DNA of 64,000 nt from Rotaria socialis. Lineage: Eukaryota. Shown one piece after another: positions 54,730 to 64,000 of the stretch. A program made the position numbers and the translations under genes. Where the stretch lies: assembly GCA_905331295.1 (NCBI GenBank), contig CAJNYD010000001.1, forward strand, positions 1 to 64,000, given 5' to 3'. Below the pieces are notes generated by a model. That model saw nothing but the letters and a program-made list of their open reading frames with translations. It was not told the DNA's origin and made no database searches. Position 1 is the first letter of the stretch. The number at the start of each line of letters is the position of its first letter.

Positions 54730-56519
54730 GGCGTAGTTCTGCATACTGTTGAAGGGAAATTGATTTTTACGATGATAATAAAAGCACCATTGATAGAAGT
54801 TTGCCTACGTTCCCGAAGGGCTGATAGAATCCTATAAGAAATGGAGTGAAAGGTTTTGAATGGAGAGGATGGCATTCATTGTTGACCTGAACAATTGCCT
54901 TTTGCGTTTTCCGGTCGTTGCTGCATTCTGAAATTGAGCGCTTTCCACGCTTAGCACACTTGATGGAAGGCCCAATTGTGTGCTCAACTAAAGGAACACG
55001 TGAAGTAGTTAATCAAAAGAGCTTGAAAAGCACACTTACTTGTTGGCCTAAGTTCACTGTATTTGCAATAGTTTTGCCAGAAAGATCCGCATTTGTTAGG
55101 TAACGAATACTTAAGAATGTACCTAGGTATTTGAAAGAAGTATGAGTTAAGTATAATGTTGACCAAACTATAGCACCACCTATTTGAGTTCAATTGATTG
55201 CTCACACTCAATCACTGTAGACTCTTGTGAAAAGAAAAGTCGATGCGATTTTATGTACGCCAATATGTTTTATTCACATATGGAATTAAATTACATTACT
55301 GCTATTTCCAAGCTCGAGAAAACAAATTTATATTAAAATATCTTGTTTTCGTCTATCAAAAATTATCGGCCTACTGGCATATGTTCGTTATTTGTGGACC
55401 AAATAAACGTTAGTTTTACTTGAGAGTTGCNAGATTTTTCAGATGAATTATTTTGAATTATTTTAGTAAGCCGAAGGGATATATGTGAGTTCCACATTTT
55501 AGCCCCAAAGTGGCTGCGCTAACAAGCTTTTACTTGAGAGTTGCATGGGCAGATACAGAAGCTGCTGTTGAGCGTTTTTACTTGCATTTAAACGGAATTT
55601 ATATAAATTTAAATTCATTTTTGGATTTAATAAATTTTTATAGGCGTAAATTGATCGCCCCTCATGTTTTTAAAAGCGTTTTTTTTATGAAAACGTCCAT
55701 AAGAAGCTTCTGTATCTGTCTATGCGATTTTCAAACAAAAGCAACGTCACTCTTATCTCCAAATAACGAATATATGATAATGGTTTCATAATTTTGGATC
55801 CACGAAAAGCAACGAACGTTAGTAAGCATTTGTTATCTCCAACTTGGCAATACTGTTTAGGAAATATGATTCCATATTTGAATAGAGTATACTCGAAGGC
55901 ACACAATCACAACGACTTATCGTTTCTCGAAAGTCTAAAGCGATCGAAAGCAAACAAATAATTGCACTCAAATAGTTGCTCTTATAATTCTAGTCCGCAG
56001 TTTATATAGCATACGTAGCAAGATGCTTACTTTGTCCGTTATTAGTTGTGACGCTGATGTTTTTGTCAGGCAAATAGATTGGTAACAAACTGAGCACAAT
56101 ACAGATTGCCACAGACAAAAACACGATCGTTATGAAAATAATAATGGCTAACGGGATCCAGCCGTTTCGAGTTCTAGGAAAAGTCGATCACAAAAGTGAA
56201 ACATTTTAGGTTGCAGAGAGAGGAAACAAAACAAACCTGTGTGGATTAGCGTCGAATGTTCGTCGAGATAGCATTGTATGAGTATTCACTGAACTCTATT
56301 TTCTGTGAGTGGAGCTACGACGAGTGTGTGATGCGTTGCAATTTTCTTTTTAACTGCTTCAATTTGTTGTGTGGTTCCTCTTTATAACTATATGTGCATT
56401 TATTATTTGCTGAGTATGACGAAGTAAAAATTGCAGTCACACATATTTGGATACTATTTTCTTCATAATATTGGGAGATGGCTATTTCTAACATTTTTTG
56501 TCATGCACGATGAATCATA

Positions 56520-57185
56520 CTAGATGGTATTCGAGTTTCACTCGACTACGAAATTAGGTGCGAAGCGCAAGTCGAGTGCACGAAAAAATAAAAAATTTAA
56601 CGGAAATGGAACAAGCAATATTAAACTTAATTAGACATCGTTATGGTCTGATTAGTTTCATATTCGCTTGATATATACACATTTTCCTGTCTTCAGCAGT
56701 TGTAATAAACAACAAAAACTCATGACTTTTTTAAAATTCTTAAGTGGTCATAATAAAATTCATTGCTGAGATTTGTTTTTCGTGATAATCACCATAATCC
56801 TAGAGAATGCTTTTGATTGAACATTAAATTATTTCAATGAATCACTATCTCAGATCAGGTGCGAAGAAATAGACTATTGGCTACTATTACTTGATGACGT
56901 CATTTTAATTATTTCGAAACTATCAAACAATAAAACCTTTCAAAATCATCATTTTCGAATGATATTTTTAGGCGAACGAAACGTAGCATTGAAAATTGGA
57001 AAAAAATATGTAACAAGTTCGACCTCCATAGTTTCATATCTAGTTTGAATGGATTTTCTATCATTTACGGTTTTCTAGATCATCGCGCTGCTTTATTAGA
57101 ACTTTTATGCGTATTCAAGTTAGAAAGAAACAAAAAAAAACGCGCGGCAGACTACATGAATGCTGTGCTTCGCACCGCATTAAAA
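56520..57185 (-). mobile_element. Possible non-autonomous Helentron/Helitron2-like element
   Basis: On the minus strand: 5' TTTTAATGCGGTGCGAAGCACAGCATT hairpin, a complementary subterminal GCTTCGCACC inside a CACTCGACT..AGTCGAGTG stem-loop, then CTAG at 56520-56523. Confidence 0.45.
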
Positions 57186-57449
57186 ATTAATAGAAAAACT
57201 CGGTAATGTATTGAATATATGCGTATGTATGCAAAGAACGAAGTTTGTTTACCTTTCTTTACCAAACCATTGTTTTATGCAAGCTGATGCAATAGGGTAG
57301 GGTGAATGGCATTCGTGCAAATAAAGCTGGGATGAGAAGTTCAGGGTGTAAATGTGCATCTGGGTCTGGGATATAGAATAGGACAGAACGACACACCTAT
57401 ACCCACACCCACACATGGTATGAACAAATAGATAAATCATCTTTGATCA

Positions 57450-58622
57450 ATGTACATGTTATTCAATCAACTTGTCCTATTGGTCACGTGCGACCAGCAC
57501 CACAATTTCTTCTTGCAGCATATGGCACGAATAGCGTTTATACAGGTGAAGATGTTCTCGCCAGATGATCAAGAATTTTCGATTCATGTATGGCTCAAAA
57601 TATTCGAGTATTAGGATCTTCAGCTGATTGCGATCCTAAACAGGTGAAAGCCATGCGTTAATCAATGGGATTCTTTTCAAGACAACCAACCGACTTTGAA
57701 GATCATCCGAATTGGTTCAAAATTTCTTTACTCAAAGTAAGTAAATCGGTAGTTTTCAAGATAAAACCCATGAATCTGTATATGCAGTGTAATGTGAAAA
57801 CGATTACTAAATTTTTAGTTCTGTAAAGTTGATATAGATTTCAAATGGTTTTAAACATTGAGCATTAGTAAGACCTACTTTCAAACATTTCTCAGCTTTA
57901 AAATCAAGCGAATCAAGTAAGATACATTGGATAATATTTTGTCAGAAATTACTGTGAACTAAACGAAGAGAAATACTTTGCTGAAAACCTTCTGTCGTGT
58001 ACATTGACGCTATTCAATGACGAAAATAGTGCAATTTGATAATAGGAAGCGACTTTTCATTGGTAAAATATAAAAGCCGATTCAGATGTAGAGACAATAT
58101 TTGACAACAAATGTTAGTGTTAATTGCAGAAACATTTCAGCGAAGAAAATTAGTTAACAAAATGGAATCGATATTGATTGTTTCCGCACTTGTTTTATTT
58201 TTCTTTGTTATCTAGCACGAAAATTTTAAATGAAATTCTGAATATTTTTACTCGAGTAAAATCAATTTCCAGTTTTATGAATTTATTAATATATTTTTTT
58301 TGCATCGTTTAGAAAGCTTCATGGTTTTTTTTAAGAACCAATGCAGCTATTTGTATGTTTTCAAGACGGTATACATCTGTGTACTAAATTACGAAACCGC
58401 TTATTATCGTCGACAACAGTTTTGCTGATGGGAGAGCAATATGCCAGCATCAATCATCTTATAGAATTGATTGATAATTTTTCAAAATTCACTCTTGGAC
58501 TGACCATTTCCGATATTTGCCCGAAGGACAAGCAAAACTATTCATCTTGTGAAAAGATCACAAGTGACGCCACACTTGTTTATCTCAGAAAAATTTCAAA
58601 TTCTCAAGCAACACACCCTTAC
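57450..58622 (+). pseudogene. P-element/THAP9-type transposase internal fragment (second family)
   Basis: FLLAAYGT, IRVLGSSADCDPKQVKAM, intron 57737-58312, FQDGIHLCTKLRNRLL, PKDKQNY; cut at 58622. Confidence 0.85.
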
Positions 58623-58957
58623 CAAAGGGGGAAATCGCGGACTCCAATCCAGTGAAGTCCAGTGAAGTCCAGTGAAGCCCAGTGGAGTCTAGTGGAGTCG
58701 TTTGAAATTCTAGAGAGCACTTCACAAGTATATTATAGACATGTAATACTACTGTATATTGATTTTACTTTTCATCACCTGTTACATAGAATTAAACTGA
58801 TACTGACTCCACTTTTGAGATGTTCGCACAGTATCTGTGCACCACCCATATACAACACATTCAATGAATAAAAAATTTTGAATTCAACAAAATATACCAT
58901 TTATTGAAAAAAGTCAAACAAAAATTATAAAAAAAAAAGAAAAAAACATTTATATTA

Positions 58958-61609
58958 TCATTTAATGACCTGTTGCACGCGAAGCAATCGGTCATTTGAA
59001 AGTTTACTTTTCTCTTCTGTTAACAACCAACAAGCAGTTTGTTTGTGTAAAAATTGTGTATCATGATTGAATTTCACTTTAAAATAGCTATGTTCAATAT
59101 GAGGCTCCACTTTATCAGCTACTTTTACTCCAGAGAAGTCTTTCTTTGTAGTATTTATTAAATATTGAGTGTTATTTTGTTCATCTTCATCAGTGTAACC
59201 GTTGTTAATAGAGCTATCATCATTGTCCTCATTCATGTTGAGATCAGTTGTTGTTTCATCTCCATCTGCATCGTTATCATCGTCTATATTGTTTATTTGA
59301 GAAGAGTAATTGTGTTTTTGTGAATTGTAATTTAATTGTCAAAATAAATATTCACTTAATGGTTTTAATTCAAGAACATGTTTGTTTTTTCAATAAGTTC
59401 AATATATCTGGACCTTCAAGCATATCAACAGCATGATGATAGGCATCAGTAATAACTTGTTCGATGTCTATTTCATCAATTTCAAGTTGACTGTGTGTAA
59501 ATGATGATTGACGTTCAACTCGATGTTTATAATGAACCGGAAAGACTAACTTTTCAACTGAATCATTATGTAACTGTTTACATTTAATGTCATTCAATAA
59601 TGATCATCTTTGGGCACGTCGTAGAAAAGCATGTACTGTAAAGTTGACTAAATTCCACTTAACGCTAGCGTATTTCTAATAATTGATTCACAAGCTTGCG
59701 AGTTAAAAATAGGAATATTCAATGTTTGTGGTGGTTACTGCTTTTGTTTGACAAGTAAAATTAAATATAAAAAATTATGAGCATTTATTTCAACCGATAA
59801 ATATGCTGGTTGTGTAATAAAATATCTGCTTTTATTATTTTTTCTGGTTTGTGTTTAATTAAATGTTTTAAATTTAATCCAGGTAAACCATAGTCGACAA
59901 AAAAACACTACACACCAAGCAGATCGTAATCCTACAATAAAATCTTATTATATGTGATCTAGCGTGTATAAGTACTCACTTTCAACTATTGTTGTGGTTT
60001 TTTCAATATAGGCTACTATAATCATTTTTAACACTTGAAAATAAAGCAAGGTTCCACGAGTATCAACAGTAGCGTTTAAAATATTGAATAGATCATTTGA
60101 TGTTAATTTCAAACAAGAACTAAAGTTTTGACGATCTTTAGGGTTAATGTCAGATTTTCTTAGGCCATGATCAAGTTTAGAATAAGTATCATTTTCAATA
60201 ATATCATGCAAATGATTGATCGATATAGGCTGATTTACGAGACATAACTCTGCTGTTGCTGATGATAAACGATTACGCCATTTGGTTACCAAATGTCCCG
60301 GATCTTGAAAAAATAATAATAATTGTTGTTCATGAAGATAAAACCAAGACCAGTGTGATCTTATTTTTATTTGAAATACTTAGTGTGTGCTGATGAACTT
60401 GAAAATTCGGAATAGCTCCAAGAAAACCGCTCATTAAACGCATAGCACGTAAATATTTTGGATCCGCGTCTATAAAAAAAAACGCAGTTATCCTTTAGTA
60501 AAATTTGAAAAAACATTGTCTCACCACTAGAAAAACCAATGATTCTGACATTTCTTTGTAAGGATTGATTAAATAATATATACCACCATCTCTGCAATAT
60601 ATCGTTCGCTGTTGCAATATTGTCAATTCCATATGCTGATAATAGATAAGGACTTGGTATGCTGCTATTATATGTGGATTGCACTGGCTGAATCATATGT
60701 ACATTCAATAACGATGCTTTATCAATTGAATTGAACCATGATTTTAATGTATCGAATGAGTCAGTCTGATAATATGATTTAATTGGCACTCCACGATCAA
60801 GTAATGAAGGAAATCCGGTAAATGCATTTGTTGTTGAATCATATTTAATTCTTTTAACTATACCAGTATAATCTTCAGAGCCGAATGCATATTGCACATT
60901 AAGACTATCAAAATGTTTTTGGAGTTGATCGAATCTAAATTCTCCTTCACTGATTCTTGAATTTGAACTTGAAATCAATGAATTTAATAAAGATAGATGA
61001 GATAAAGATCCAGGTAAATTTAATCTTAGGAATTCATAGGTCAATTTACCACCTAAAATATACAGCGATAAAGCAAAATTCTTAATTGAATTACTATATC
61101 GAAAATTATTTTTCGATTTTGTCAAATTATCAGTGATAGTATCAATAAAATGTTTTAAAAATGTATCTTTATTTTCATCAGCTTCATTTTCATTGCTAAC
61201 TCGTTGATATCAAATAATTCATTTTTTTAACAATGGATATTTTTTTATAAAATCAAATGATAAACTGGGATTAGAATCTGCATTACTACTTGTTTTAATT
61301 TGTTTTTGTTGCTGTTGCTTTAAAAATTCTAATAAACAATTCAAATTATTTATTAACCCAATCTTCACAATAAATGTTCCATTATCAAGTTGAAAACATG
61401 ATCTTTCTCTTATCATTAAGAAACTAGATTCCGAACAATTCATATTAAATATTTCAAAGATATTCGGGTTTCGAATAAGAGGTTGTGTAGATGTAATTGA
61501 TTGAAATTTTAGAATATCCACCATTTGCTGTCCAACTAATATTTGAATAAATTCATAAAAATCATCGTTCTTTAAAGAAAAAAACATTCTCTGGCAATCT
61601 ATCATCCAT
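58958..61609 (-). pseudogene. P-element/THAP9-like DDE transposase lacking THAP, frameshifted
   Basis: FRYS..FALSLYILGGKLTYEFLRLNLPGSL, SEDYTG, GFSSD|ADP (intron 60470-60524), QDPGHLVTKWRNRL, PKDRQNF, NSQACES, HKQTACWLL..LSNDRLLRV. Confidence 0.9.
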
Positions 61610-61947
61610 AACAAGAAAACGATCGATTTTTTATGTAGAAAATCAAATGTGTTCAGACATAATAGTTTACAATAAGTTTGGAAACAAAAATCTGGCATAT
61701 TTTTTAAACACTTCCAGCTGATAAACAACTGTGATGAGTCACATGTGGATAATCTGAAGAAAACATTCATCGTTTGAAAGGATGGAATGTTTAAAAAAAT
61801 TGAAAAGTACTAGCTACGCTTTTATAGAGAACATCACTTTAGAAGTTATTGGCTCATAATATTCATGAATCATTAAACCTTTCTCGCTTGCTCTCTCTCT
61901 CTCGAGAGAGAGAATTTTATTTATACAAATATAGTTAATATTTAAAT

Positions 61948-62964
61948 ATGTTTCAAACAGAAGCTCTTATTGATACATCAATTTTGCCATCTGATATCAT
62001 GTCATTACGTGACGTTAAATTTTTTTATTTTGTTCGAAAAGAAGCTGGTGATGCTGCTGTTGATCTTTTTGAAATTCAAAGTATCAACTGTGTTAAATCT
62101 TTGTTGATGACAGCTGATGTTTATTGTATTATGAATTTGAAAAGCAAAGCTTTAGATTTTTTTAAAAATAAACGGTTTTATGCTTGATGATGATACATTC
62201 ATTATAAAACCTGGTATAAAAGGAAATGTGGACTGTCTTATTGATTTATTGAAACAAAAATGTACTGATGATGCAAAGTTATCAAAATCTTCAAAACGTA
62301 ATCAATCATCACCACCATTAGATAGAACCATAAACACATCCTCAACTACCACATAATCAACAATGGCGGTTTTATCGAGTAATTCATCAAACATTGTCAC
62401 ATCAAAATCTTTAAACTTATCACTCGATGAACATAAAACTTATATAAATAATGCATTGAACAATTGGTGTAAAAATAATGAATCAAGACTTAATTTGTCA
62501 AATTTGTCCTTGATTGAAGACCAACATTACTCTATTTCCATATAAAATGATGCAAGTGGTGTATTAAAAGCTAATATAAAATGTTGTTGTAAAAAATGGA
62601 TATCATTAACAAATAATCGTGGTAAATTTCAACTATCAAATTTTTACAGGCATTTACAAGATTTTCGTAATAATAATACATGTGATAAAATAAAAGAATT
62701 AATAAAAATTGTAAGCTGATTTCATCAGTAACTGCAGATAATCAACAATCTTTTACATGTTCAGATACTGTACCAGATCAAGAATCATCATCAAATGCGA
62801 TATTACTTAATTCTACATCTACCTCTATAACAACCGATGATCATGAAAGTGTTGAACAACCTTCGCCATTATTAAAAAGTAAAAGTAGAGCGAACAGAAA
62901 GCTTCATTCAGTAGAATCATCTTATAATACGAAAGAAGTTGTAAAAAGAACGAGAAGACAATAA
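61948..62964 (+). pseudogene. Transposon partner gene: shared N-terminal domain + Cys/His finger-like motif + basic tail
   Basis: LPSDIMSLRDVKFFYFV...QSINCVKSLL...GFMLDDDTFIIKPG; IKCCCKKWISL..GKFQLSNFYRHL..C; ends KRTRRQ*; frameshift near 62175, stops near 62355 and at 62543. Confidence 0.75.
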
Positions 62965-64000
62965 TATTTACCTTAGGAACATTTTCCTGTTTATACTTCT
63001 CGTTTTACTTCTTTCATAGTATATCATACAGTATATAGTCTGCTTATGAAGCTGAAGTTTTTTAACTTTACAATTTCCTTATTATTTTTAAAAATTTGTC
63101 ATTCGTTAATTGTTTTCATATTTTTACACTTTATCAGACGCTATGAAGCATTTACAAAAGATTGTGATGGTAAAAAAAGAAAAGTTTTAAGCGACAGTTA
63201 ATGCATAGTCTGTTTTTTATTTCCGATAGCTGAAGGCAATAAGCAACAGATTTTATCATAGCTTGGATTGCTGGACTCCAGACAAGACTGGAGTTTTGTA
63301 GTACGCTATTTCCCCCTTGTCCGAATACATGAATTCTAGAATTCTATGTTTTTTTTTTGGNNNNNNNNNNAGTGAATACAAGTTGTACCCGTACTTGCGC
63401 ATCCTTCGTATAAAGCGTTATATAACTAATACTTTTTTAATCTATCAAGAATCATCTTGTACTGTATTTTTCTCGTTCCTTATATACCATTTTGTGGTAT
63501 AGATGGACTTTGATTGATACAGCGTAAACAATATGAGGTGAAAGAACAAATCGAAAGGATAAAAATAGTAACACGCTTGTTGGCAATGGCATATGAAGAA
63601 TGCCATTTCTCAGTGCACGAACATAAAAGATCGTAGTGATTGTAAACTATGTATTGGTGAAGGATAAATTGATAGTGCACGTTCGAAGTGTAAATAGGAG
63701 AAGAAGAGATCAAAGTCTTCAGAACTTTGGATGAATAACAATTAGAAGAGTGCAGCACAGTTACGTATTCAAGTTAGGAACAAGCAACATACTACCAATA
63801 GTCAAACAACTTTTCTCTGAATTTCAATAGAAATTGTCGCATATGGAGGGCGCCATATTGTATGAGAGATATATTTGATAGTAGAGATGGCACGTTTACG
63901 TTAATTAGCGGTTTTAATTAACTAGTATTAAATTAAATGGTCCACCCCTATTTGATAGCAATGTGTTATTTTTTATTTTTTTGCAAAATATTTTCAAGAA

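Larger units (their letters stand above)
58623..63319. mobile_element. P-element-superfamily transposon (~4.7 kb) with two divergent genes
   Basis: TIRs caaagggggaaatcgcggactcca and (reverse complement) caagggggaaatagcgtactaca; subterminal (T)CCAGT/ACTGGA repeats; encloses the transposase and a partner gene. Confidence 0.85.

Noticed and set aside
54730..55110. Minus-strand DLSGKT as a possible P-loop
   Set aside because: No Walker A context, frames are broken, and it abuts a gap.
55414..55546. Direct repeat ttttacttgagagttgc
   Set aside because: The first copy ends at an N; likely a scaffolding artefact.
58645..58700. Tandem tccagtgaag units as a possible CRISPR array
   Set aside because: 10-bp units with no spacers; these are transposon subterminal repeats in eukaryotic DNA.
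63480..63860. Possible GPCR-like relic on the minus strand
   Set aside because: No diagnostic motif recoverable; many stops.

Overview
AT-rich eukaryotic genomic DNA with short GT-AG introns. The gene mix (NHL-repeat, F-box/LRR, B-box coiled-coil, orphan class-A GPCR) suggests a bdelloid rotifer, which is an inference. Bases 1-47.5 kb are mainly host genes: NHL (with an in-frame stop), SUEL-lectin-like membrane protein, F-box/LRR, B-box+lamin-tail, HMG20-like coiled coil, MFSD4-like transporter, LRR protein, FBXO36, RNF181 and a PDZ/F-box fusion. They are interrupted by a ~7.85-kb Helitron-led composite insert bracketed by an 86-bp direct duplication. Bases 47.5-64 kb are transposon-rich. The most notable element is a decayed ~4.7-kb P-element-superfamily transposon (58623-63319) with two head-to-head genes sharing a homologous N-terminal domain. 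One gene carries the DDE transposase core with no THAP finger. The other carries a Cys/His zinc-finger-like motif and a basic tail. This suggests a split, two-component P transposase. A 121-bp MITE with related termini and a perfect 8-bp TSD lies at 53052-53172. All calls come from reading the sequence by eye; no searches were run.
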